Shown here: in pieces, positions 1-7,786 of the stretch
Numbering within the stretch: the stretch's first letter is position 1
Layout: each line of letters opens with the position of its first letter
Assembly (NCBI GenBank): GCA_937912025.1
Contig: CALDOZ010000010.1
Span: 4,710-68,709, forward strand
Length of the DNA stretch: 64,000 nt
From: an uncultured Clostridia bacterium
Lineage (GTDB): Bacteria; Bacillota; Clostridia; Christensenellales; Borkfalkiaceae
Direction: 5' to 3'
Notes under the pieces: model-generated
What the model saw: only the letters and a program-made list of their open reading frames with translations
Database searches by the model: none
What the model was told of the DNA's origin: nothing
Position numbers and translations under genes: made by a program

Positions 1-129
1 ATCCATAATAACCTATAGCAAGAAATGTTAAATTTAAAACAAAAATTGATATTTTAATTATAGTATAATGGTGGTAAAATTTCAATATAAATGATAAAAA
101 TTGTTTAAATAAAAATAAGGTGGTATAAA

Positions 130-1185
130 ATGTTAAATAATTTAACTCGCAAACGTAATGTGGAAACTTTTTCAATTTGTCCTGAAAATCCGACCGGGGC
201 TAAAGGTAATGGCGGTAGGGCGATTGAGGGCTCGGCATCGTATGCTTCAAGAGAGTTAGGCGTAGGGTGGAAAGTTAACCCTTATATCGTCATTGGCGCA
301 GGCAAAAAAGCCGTTTTAGCCGACGTTGAAGGGCAAGGCGCAATTAAACATATATGGATAACTGACGGAGCAAAAGCGGGTAGGTTATTAATTTTACGAA
401 TATATTTTGATGGTCAAAAAAATCCGTCTGTTAACGTTCCGCTATCAGATTTCTTTTTAAACTGCGATTATAAAGAGTTTAGGCAAATTTCAAGTTTGCC
501 AATTTGTTTTAATCCGGGTAAAGCAATGAATTCATATTTTGAAATGCCGTATTTTAAAAGTTTTAAAATTGAAATTGAAAATATAGATAACGTTGACTGC
601 CCTGTTTACTATCAAATTGATTGCGAACGCAAAGAAATTCCAAACGATAGTTTGTATTTTCACGCTCAGTTTAGAAGAGTTAATCCGTTGCCATATAAAG
701 AAGTGTATACAGTTTTAGACGGGGTTAATGGTAACGGCGTTTACGTTGGAACTTACCTTCATTGGAACGTAAAATCTAACGGTTGGTGGGGAGAAGGGGA
801 GTTTAAGTTTTATATAGACGGAGATAAAGAATTCCCTACGATTTGCGGTACGGGAACTGAAGATTATTTTTGTGGAGCGTATAATTTTGACGTTAAGGGT
901 AAATACGTTGAATATTCAACCGCTTATGCCGGATTAACAAAAGTTTGTGAAACAGATAATATATATAAGTCGCAACGCGGTTTTGATATGTATAGATTTC
1001 ATATTGTAGACCCTATTTATTTTAAAAATAATTTAAAAGTAACCGTTCAAGCGCTTGGTTGGAGAAGTGAAGGTCGCTACCTTCCGTTACAAGACGATAT
1101 TTCATCAGTTGCATATTGGTATAGTGACAATTTAAACGATTCATATATTGAAATGTTAAGTCCTAACGAACTTGAAATAGTTTAA
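130..1185 (+). CDS. DUF2961 / GH172-family glycoside hydrolase-like protein
   Basis: 351-aa ORF with an AAGGTGG SD about 7 nt upstream of the ATG. Hallmark DUF2961 motifs are present (ENPTG near the N-terminus, IKHIWIT, GTGTEDYFCG). Family call is from motif memory. Confidence 0.6.
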   Translation: MLNNLTRKRNVETFSICPENPTGAKGNGGRAIEGSASYASRELGVGWKVNPYIVIGAGKKAVLADVEGQGAIKHIWITDGAKAGRLLILRIYFDGQKNPSVNVPLSDFFLNCDYKEFRQISSLPICFNPGKAMNSYFEMPYFKSFKIEIENIDNVDCPVYYQIDCERKEIPNDSLYFHAQFRRVNPLPYKEVYTVLDGVNGNGVYVGTYLHWNVKSNGWWGEGEFKFYIDGDKEFPTICGTGTEDYFCGAYNFDVKGKYVEYSTAYAGLTKVCETDNIYKSQRGFDMYRFHIVDPIYFKNNLKVTVQALGWRSEGRYLPLQDDISSVAYWYSDNLNDSYIEMLSPNELEIV

Positions 1186-1268
1186 TCTAAAGAAAGTTAA
1201 TCTTTTTACTATCGTAAAAATCTTTGTAAAACTATCACAAAAATTTTTAAATTATAATAAATTAATGT

Positions 1269-1766
1269 ATGGTAGTTGATTTTGAAAGTGAAAGAGCCGT
1301 AGAATACGCTTTGAAATATTCTTTAAACGGCAACGATGAATATTATGATTTTACAAATATTGGTGGAGATTGCACCAATTTTGTTTCTCAATGCGTGTAC
1401 GCCAGTAGTGGTGTTATGAATTATACTAAAACGTTTGGCTGGTATTATAGTAGTGTAGGTCTTAGAAGTCCAGCGTGGACGGGTGTTGACGAGTTTTATA
1501 ATTTTATCGTAAACAATGCTAAAAACGGCGGTATAGGTAACGGAAACGGTCCTTTTGGCAAGGTGGTTGACGTTACAAACTCTAAACTTGGCGACGTAGT
1601 TCAACTTGCAAATAATGGTAATTATTTTCATAGCGCAATTATAGTTGGGTTTAACGGAAACGAACCGTTAGTTTGCGCAAGAACGTATAACGTTCGTAAT
1701 TATCCATTATTTAATTATAGTTTTGACAGTTTAAGATGTATTCGTATATTAGGAATAAGAAAATAA
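1269..1766 (+). CDS. Putative amidase-domain protein (Amidase_6-like, papain-fold)
   Basis: 165-aa ORF. It carries a GGDCTNFVSQCVYASSG Cys motif and a later YFHSAIIVG His motif, typical of the putative amidase domain family. No clear SD. Confidence 0.5.
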   Translation: MVVDFESERAVEYALKYSLNGNDEYYDFTNIGGDCTNFVSQCVYASSGVMNYTKTFGWYYSSVGLRSPAWTGVDEFYNFIVNNAKNGGIGNGNGPFGKVVDVTNSKLGDVVQLANNGNYFHSAIIVGFNGNEPLVCARTYNVRNYPLFNYSFDSLRCIRILGIRK

Positions 1767-1786
1767 CTTTTTAATTTGTATAAATA

Positions 1787-1831
1787 TAAAAGCGCTACTT
1801 TTACGTTGAGTAAAGTGTAGCGCTCTTTTTT
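1787..1831. terminator. Bidirectional rho-independent terminator between convergent genes
   Basis: Stem AGCGCTAC (1791-1798) pairs with GTAGCGCT (1817-1824). Flanked by an A-run and a T-run. Confidence 0.75.
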
Positions 1832-1892
1832 ATTGTTTAAAAATGTTAATGTAAAACTTTTTAATAAGGTCTTAATAAATTAATATAAAATT

Positions 1893-2405
1893 TTATGCTC
1901 TTAAAGTGTTATATACGTTATCTATTAAGGTAGTATTTAACGTTCTTCCCGTAATAGTTATACAATAGTTGTAATCAGATGACGGTATTATTAATTGTGT
2001 TTGGTAAAGTGTGGTAGAATATACCGAGTTAACCATGCTAATTTTTGTAACGTCTCTATCAAGTTGCTCAATTGTAACGCTTTGTACGTTAATACCTTGC
2101 GCTGAATACATAGGAGCAAGATTTTCATTAAAGTATTCTTCCGTCATATTTTTATATATGTTAGATTTTTGTTCGTACGTTACCGTGATATTTTCGTTTT
2201 CGTCAGGAGAAGTGATTATAACGATAGAACCGTTGGTAACAGTCCAGTCTTCAGGATACGCAAACGAAACTTCAAAGTCGTTTTCAAATTTCTTATAACC
2301 TTCGGGAATTTTGACTTGATTAAAAACAAAATCGCAAGAAGCCATGCAAAGCATTGAACAGATTAAAATAAGTAAGGTTGTAATTTTTGTTAAGATTTTT
2401 TTCAT
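1893..2405 (-). CDS. Lipoprotein, unknown function
   Basis: Signal peptide plus lipobox (MKKILTKITTLLILICSMLCMAS-C). GGAG SD upstream on the minus strand. Confidence 0.6.
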   Translation of the reverse strand: MKKILTKITTLLILICSMLCMASCDFVFNQVKIPEGYKKFENDFEVSFAYPEDWTVTNGSIVIITSPDENENITVTYEQKSNIYKNMTEEYFNENLAPMYSAQGINVQSVTIEQLDRDVTKISMVNSVYSTTLYQTQLIIPSSDYNYCITITGRTLNTTLIDNVYNTLRA

Positions 2406-2486
2406 TTTTTGTTACTCCATTGTGTGTTATTTGATAGTTATATTGTATAACAATTAAAATAAAAATACAATAGTATGATAAAAAAT

Positions 2487-3299
2487 TTACGTCTTGTTTT
2501 TAAATTTTCCTGGTGGAACACCGTAAAAAGATTTAAAAAGCCTATTAAAATAATAAATATCATCAAAATTAAGTTTGTCGGCAACTTCGCCTATTGTAAA
2601 TTCTCCGCTTTTTATTAGTTCGCTTGCTTTTCGCATTATTATATAATTTTTGTATTTAATTGGCGACATTCCCGTCGCATTATGAAATTTTTGCCTAAAA
2701 CTACTACTTGACATATTGCACATTTTAGCAAGACTATCAACGTTTATTTGTTCTAAATAGTTGTTTTCAATATAAATAATTCCAGCCGTAACGTCGCTAC
2801 GTTGATTTAACGTTTTATTTATAACTTCGCTTGATATTAGCGTTATAATTTCAAGTAAAATTGATTGACATTTCAATTTATACCCAAGTTTTGAATCGTT
2901 ATAAGTTTGAAGTAGCGAGTTGAAAAGTTTATAATACACCTTAAATTTATCGTTTAAAACTAAAGTTAAATTATCAAATAGCAATACTTCTTTTTCGTTT
3001 TGATATAAGTTAAAGTATATAGACGTAGCGCTGTTATTTTCAGTGTCCGTCCAACAACTTTTATACGTTACGTCGGGCGGTAGATATAAAATATCGCCAG
3101 GTTTTGCATATATAACTAAATTGTTGTTTAGTACAAATTTTGCATTTCCGTTTATTATATAATAAAAACGCTGAATGTTATATTGACCTTTTTTTCTAAT
3201 AGTATATTTTTTAATTTTATTATTGGGAGAATAAAAGGCTAAAATATCAACTATTTTGCATTCATTATTTAAAATTTGTTTTAATTTTTCTATATCCAT
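2487..3299 (-). CDS. AraC family transcriptional regulator (cupin sensor plus C-terminal HTH)
   Basis: 270 aa. N-terminal cupin-like segment (PGDILYLPPDVTY) and a C-terminal AraC HTH (SLAKMCNMSSSSFRQKFHNATGMSPIKYKNYIIMRKA...YYFNRLFKSFYGVPPGKF). Divergent from the operon starting at 3462. Confidence 0.85.
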   Translation of the reverse strand: MDIEKLKQILNNECKIVDILAFYSPNNKIKKYTIRKKGQYNIQRFYYIINGNAKFVLNNNLVIYAKPGDILYLPPDVTYKSCWTDTENNSATSIYFNLYQNEKEVLLFDNLTLVLNDKFKVYYKLFNSLLQTYNDSKLGYKLKCQSILLEIITLISSEVINKTLNQRSDVTAGIIYIENNYLEQINVDSLAKMCNMSSSSFRQKFHNATGMSPIKYKNYIIMRKASELIKSGEFTIGEVADKLNFDDIYYFNRLFKSFYGVPPGKFKNKT

Positions 3300-3304
3300 A
3301 ATAA

Positions 3305-3449
3305 AAACCTTAAAAGTGGCAATTCAATTTATAAGCGTTAACCTTAATTATAAAAATAACCTTATTTGTTAAATTGTACAAAAAATATATTATTTTGTCT
3401 ATTGTTTTTAACGCAATTTTATATTAAACTTTAATTACTTAATAAGGTT
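3305..3449. promoter_or_regulatory. AACCTTA repeat set in the araC/operon divergent control region
   Basis: Direct copies of AACCTTA at 3305-3311, 3339-3345 and 3357-3363. One inverted copy (TAAGGTT) at 3443-3449. Confidence 0.3.
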
Positions 3450-3461
3450 AAGGAGTATTTT

Positions 3462-4748
3462 ATGGAAAAATTAAAAATTGGTATAGTTGGTTTTGGGAAT
3501 TATAGTTTTCAATATATAAATATATGGTTAAACCATCCACTTATTGAAAAAGTAGTTGGCGCTGAGTTTTTAGACGATAGACGTAAGCAAGTAGAAGACG
3601 AGTATAAAATTAAAACGTACAAATCGTTTGACGAAATGCTTGAAAACGAGTCAGACCTTAACGCGGTTGCTATTTTCACGGGTAGGCACATGCACGGGCC
3701 TCAAGTTATTAAAGCGCTTAATATGGGTAAAAACGTTTTCTCGGCAGTACCAATGGCGGTTACTGAAGAAGAAATAGTTGAAATCTTGCGTTTGGTTGAA
3801 AAAACTCGCCTTACTTATATGATGGCGGAAACTTGTTATTATTTTCCGTGCGCGGTATGGTGTCGCGAACAATATAAGCAAGGTAAGTTTGGTAAATTCC
3901 AATACGGAGAATCACAATATTATCACGATATTTCAGATATGTTTAGCGCTTTTTACGCGTCTAACGTAAATACCGATAAAAGTTGGAAATGGTTTGCTGG
4001 TATTCCGCCTATGTATTATTCAACTCACTCAACATCAATGCTTTATTCAGTAATTAACGAGTATCCGGTAGAAGTATCGTGTTATGGTATAAGAGATACT
4101 TATAACGACGATATATACGGCGAAGATAAAAACGAGTGGGGCAATCCTTATTCAAATCAAACGTCAATAGTTAGAATGAGTGGTGGTGGCGTTGCAAGAA
4201 TAAACGAATTTAGACGTATTGGTACGACTAAACCGTCGTCGTATTTAAGTAGTTTATACGGCGATTTAGGCGGTTATGAATATAGCGGACAACAACATTT
4301 ATTTTCAAGAAACGTTGAAAACCCAAGAGAATTTTCTACTGAAGACGTTAGCGAACAAGTAAACACTTTTAAGTGGCTTGAAGATAGAAATAAAACGGAT
4401 ATTGATAAATCTCAATTAATTTTTGATTATAAATATCATTGCGGATTTTCGCCTTGTCAAAACTACAACCGTTTGCCTAAAAACTTTTTAACGTTTACAG
4501 AAAAGCAAAAGGAAAATTTTATGCACGGTCATAACGGTTCGCATATTTTATTGGTTGACGATTTTGTTCGCTCTGTTATAACGAAAAAATTACCGCCTGT
4601 TGACCCTTGGTTTGCGGCGTATTGCACGCTTACAGGAATATATGCGCATAAGAGTTCAATGATGGGTGGAGTTCCAGTTAAAATTCCAGACGTGGGACAT
4701 AAACCTGCTGATTGGGATTACATTGATTTTGACGAAATAAAATATTAA
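3462..4748 (+). CDS. Gfo/Idh/MocA family oxidoreductase (long form)
   Basis: AAGGAG SD. N-terminal Rossmann segment KIGIVGFGNY and general Gfo/Idh/MocA layout. 428 aa. Confidence 0.75.
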   Translation: MEKLKIGIVGFGNYSFQYINIWLNHPLIEKVVGAEFLDDRRKQVEDEYKIKTYKSFDEMLENESDLNAVAIFTGRHMHGPQVIKALNMGKNVFSAVPMAVTEEEIVEILRLVEKTRLTYMMAETCYYFPCAVWCREQYKQGKFGKFQYGESQYYHDISDMFSAFYASNVNTDKSWKWFAGIPPMYYSTHSTSMLYSVINEYPVEVSCYGIRDTYNDDIYGEDKNEWGNPYSNQTSIVRMSGGGVARINEFRRIGTTKPSSYLSSLYGDLGGYEYSGQQHLFSRNVENPREFSTEDVSEQVNTFKWLEDRNKTDIDKSQLIFDYKYHCGFSPCQNYNRLPKNFLTFTEKQKENFMHGHNGSHILLVDDFVRSVITKKLPPVDPWFAAYCTLTGIYAHKSSMMGGVPVKIPDVGHKPADWDYIDFDEIKY

Positions 4749-4749
4749 T

Positions 4750-4802
4750 GTTAACTTTGTCCATATAAACAATATGATTTTATATGGACAATTAACTTTT
4801 TA
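4750..4802 (+). terminator. Intra-cluster hairpin plus T-run after the first oxidoreductase gene
   Basis: Perfect 10-bp stem TGTCCATATA (4758-4767) with TATATGGACA (4781-4790). Outer GTTAA/TTAAC pairing. T-run at 4797-4801. Confidence 0.5.
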
Positions 4803-4813
4803 TAAAATATAAT
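4785..4813 (+). promoter_or_regulatory. Candidate sigma-A promoter for a near-leaderless transcript
   Basis: TGGACA (4785-4790), 17-nt spacer, TATAAT (4808-4813). The ATG at 4824 is only 10 nt past the -10, and there is no SD. Confidence 0.4.
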
Positions 4814-4823
4814 GAAATAAAAA

Positions 4824-5594
4824 ATGATAGATAGAATTAGTGTTTGCGTTGATATGATGTTTGCGCCGTCAACGTTTAATGAAAAATTAATTAGGTGCAA
4901 AAACTGTAATTTTAAAACTATTGAGTTTTGGAAATGGTCAAATAAAAATTTAAACGAAATAATTAATAGCAGTTTAAACGTTAGTATTTTTAACCTTGAT
5001 AGTAGTAACGATAAATTGTCTTACGACTTATCTCGCGGGATAATTAACGATGGTAGAGTTGACGATTTTATTTCAGCGCTAAATGAAAGTATTCCCGTAT
5101 ACAAAAAACTAAATGCTAAAGCAATGATTGTATTAATTGGTGAAAATGCTAATTATAGTGAAGAAAATTGTTTAAAGTGTTTATTAAAAGCAAAACCAAT
5201 TTTAGAAAAAGAGAACGTTAATTTAGTTATTGAACCATTAAACGCTACTGACCGCGTAGGGTATAGTATGCCGTATGTAGCCCCCGTTTTTGATTTAGTT
5301 AAAAAAGTAAATAGTAAACACGTTAAAGTTTTATACGATATTTATCATCAAAACGTTACGGGCGACTTTGACTTAGATAACGTTATTAAAAATTTAGAGT
5401 ATATCGGTCATTTTCACGTTGCCGACGCGCCTGGTAGACACGAACCGGGTAGCGCTAAAATTGATTACGTTAAAATTATAAATACCATTATAAAATTTGG
5501 GTATAAAAATTATATAGGTTTAGAATATCGCGCGACTAAGCGTGATGAAGATACTTTTGAATTTCTAAATGAATTAGTAAAATTTAAGGAGTAA
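4824..5594 (+). CDS. Hydroxypyruvate isomerase-like / xylose isomerase-like TIM-barrel protein
   Basis: 256 aa. Hyi-family features (N-terminal S-V-C-V-D-M-M-F, IEFWKW, LVIEPLN, GHFHVADAPGRHEPG, IGLEY). No SD. A TATAAT ends 10 nt upstream of the ATG. Confidence 0.7.
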   Translation: MIDRISVCVDMMFAPSTFNEKLIRCKNCNFKTIEFWKWSNKNLNEIINSSLNVSIFNLDSSNDKLSYDLSRGIINDGRVDDFISALNESIPVYKKLNAKAMIVLIGENANYSEENCLKCLLKAKPILEKENVNLVIEPLNATDRVGYSMPYVAPVFDLVKKVNSKHVKVLYDIYHQNVTGDFDLDNVIKNLEYIGHFHVADAPGRHEPGSAKIDYVKIINTIIKFGYKNYIGLEYRATKRDEDTFEFLNELVKFKE

Positions 5595-5596
5595 TT

Positions 5597-6673
5597 ATGT
5601 TTAAAGTATGTATTATCAGTTGTGGTATGATTGCCAACTCGGCGCATATACCAGCGTATAAAAGATTTAGTGATGATTTTGAAATTGTTGCAGTTTGCGA
5701 TATTAATGAAAAATCCGCAAAAGAAACTGCTCAAAATCACGGAATTTCTAAATACTATTTAGATGCTAAAACTATGCTTGACGAAGTTAAACCAGACCTT
5801 GTTTCTATATGCGTTCCTAACTGTTTTCATAAAGAATACGCTATAATGGCGCTTAAAGCAGGCGCAAACGTTTTATGCGAAAAACCACTTGCTTTTACTT
5901 ATAGCGACGCTGTAGAAATGTTTAACGTTGCTAAAGAATGTGGTAAAATTTTAATGGCTTGCCAAACAATGCGTTTTACTCCTGATAGAATTGCCGCTAA
6001 AAAATACATGCAAGCGGAAGGTGTTGGCGACGTTTATTACGGCGAAGTTGCAAGAATACGTCGTAGAGGTATACCATTTTGGGGCGCTTTCCATATTGAA
6101 AAGATTAGTAAAGGCGGAGCGTTTGTTGATATAGGCGTTCATATGCTTGACGCGCTTATCTACCTTATGGATAACCCTGAAGTTTTAAGCGTTACTGCAA
6201 CGACTATGCAAAACCATAAAGACGAAATAGGCTCTTTAGAAGGTAGTGGAGCGTTTACGGGCAACGTTTCAAACGCGAGAAAGTTTAATCCAGACGAAAT
6301 GGACGTTGAAGATTTTTCTTGCGGACTTATTAAGTTTAAAAACGGCGCAAATATCACTTTTAAAGTTGCTTGGGCGGCAAATATGCCAGAATATAACGAT
6401 ATTAAAATCGTAGGCAAAAAAGGTGGACTTTATTTACCTGAAGGTAAAATCTATTTTGGTGAAAAGGGTGAAAAAACTCTTGAAACAACGCCGTGTCCTT
6501 ACGATACGCCTTTTTCTGGTCACGTTTATATAATTGATAACTTTAGAAAGGTTTTAAAAGGCGAAGAGCAACCTATAGTTAAGCCTGAAGAAACTATTAA
6601 CGTATCTAAAATAATAGAAATGTTCTATAAATCGGCAAAACTCAAAAGAGAGGTTTATTTTGATGAAAATTAA
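5597..6673 (+). CDS. Gfo/Idh/MocA family oxidoreductase
   Basis: AAGGAG SD. CIISCGMIANSAHIPAY Rossmann start and the EKPLA motif (CEKPLAFT). 358 aa. Confidence 0.85.
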   Translation: MFKVCIISCGMIANSAHIPAYKRFSDDFEIVAVCDINEKSAKETAQNHGISKYYLDAKTMLDEVKPDLVSICVPNCFHKEYAIMALKAGANVLCEKPLAFTYSDAVEMFNVAKECGKILMACQTMRFTPDRIAAKKYMQAEGVGDVYYGEVARIRRRGIPFWGAFHIEKISKGGAFVDIGVHMLDALIYLMDNPEVLSVTATTMQNHKDEIGSLEGSGAFTGNVSNARKFNPDEMDVEDFSCGLIKFKNGANITFKVAWAANMPEYNDIKIVGKKGGLYLPEGKIYFGEKGEKTLETTPCPYDTPFSGHVYIIDNFRKVLKGEEQPIVKPEETINVSKIIEMFYKSAKLKREVYFDEN

Positions 6674-7766
6674 AAGCGTAATTATTGGTTTTTCTCATAT
6701 GCACGTTAACGAAGTTGCGTTATATATTAGCGAAAGGGAAGATATGGAACTTGTTGCCGTTGCCGATGCTGATAGCGGTAACGAGCAAATAGACGGCTAT
6801 CGTTATACTCAAAAATGGAATTTACAAAACGTTAAAGAAAAATACTGCTCTAACGTTTATGAAGATTTTAAAGTTATGCTTGACGAAGTTAAGCCTGACG
6901 TTGCGTTTATTTTAACTGAAAACTCGTTAAAACCGTATATAGTTGAAGAATGCGCTAAACGTAAAATTGACGTTTGTATTGAAAAACCTATGGCGGTTAG
7001 TTTAAGCGAGGCTAAAAAAATTAAAGAAAGCGTTGAAAAATACGGTATTACAGCGCTCGTTAACTGGCCTGTTGCGTGGAGACCTTACGTTCATAAAATG
7101 AAAAAGGCGCTTGATAGCGGTGTGGTAGGGAAGCCTATTAAACTTCGCTATATAAACGGTCATACAGGACCGCTTGGTAAAGGCGCTAAACATCGTGGCG
7201 TAAGCGAAAACGCCGAAGAAATGACTGACGAAGTTAGAAGTAAAACGTGGTGGCATAAGTCTGAGTACGGTGGTGGCGTGTATCTTGATATAGCGTGCTA
7301 CGGTTGTTATTTTGCCGATTGGTTTTTAACGGGTAACGCTAACTCGGTTGTGAGCGTAGGTAAAAATTTAAATACTCCTTTTGGAGATACGGACGACAAC
7401 TTTGGCGCTATTATTAGTTACGATAAGCAAATGGCGGTTATTGAAGGAACGTGGACTACTCCGCGCGTTGTTATTCCGTCAGGACCAATGCTTCTATGTG
7501 AAAACGGCGTAATTACTTGTACGGGTGGCGCTGAAAATATGCCAGACGTTAAAGTTTACGATATTTATGGTAACGAGATTGTTATTGACGACGTAAATAT
7601 GCACGTTAAATACAAAAATATGCCTAATATGTACGCCGAATTAAAAAACAATAATCAAGAAGTTTTCGAGATGGTTACTCTTGAAAAAAATATGGAAATT
7701 ATGGCGTTACTTGACGCTTGTATTGAAAGTTCAAAAAACGGTAAAAGCGAAAAAGTTTTAAAATAA
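6663..7766 (+). CDS. Gfo/Idh/MocA family oxidoreductase
   Basis: I prefer the ATG at 6663 (AGAGAGG SD 8 nt upstream) over the TTG at 6660. Overlaps the preceding gene by 11 nt. Carries the CIEKPMA motif. Confidence 0.75.
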   Translation: MKIKSVIIGFSHMHVNEVALYISEREDMELVAVADADSGNEQIDGYRYTQKWNLQNVKEKYCSNVYEDFKVMLDEVKPDVAFILTENSLKPYIVEECAKRKIDVCIEKPMAVSLSEAKKIKESVEKYGITALVNWPVAWRPYVHKMKKALDSGVVGKPIKLRYINGHTGPLGKGAKHRGVSENAEEMTDEVRSKTWWHKSEYGGGVYLDIACYGCYFADWFLTGNANSVVSVGKNLNTPFGDTDDNFGAIISYDKQMAVIEGTWTTPRVVIPSGPMLLCENGVITCTGGAENMPDVKVYDIYGNEIVIDDVNMHVKYKNMPNMYAELKNNNQEVFEMVTLEKNMEIMALLDACIESSKNGKSEKVLK

Positions 7767-7786
7767 AAAAGTATTTGAGGTATTAA

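Noticed and set aside
6660-6662. Upstream alternative starts reported by the ORF track: TTG 6660, TTG 15657, ATG 33189, GTG 37130, TTG 41492, TTG 43695, TTG 45597, TTG 56385 and ATG 62560.
   Set aside because: In each case a downstream ATG (or TTG for glgB) has a properly spaced SD and yields the family-typical N-terminus. The upstream codon lies inside the SD, a terminator or the preceding gene.
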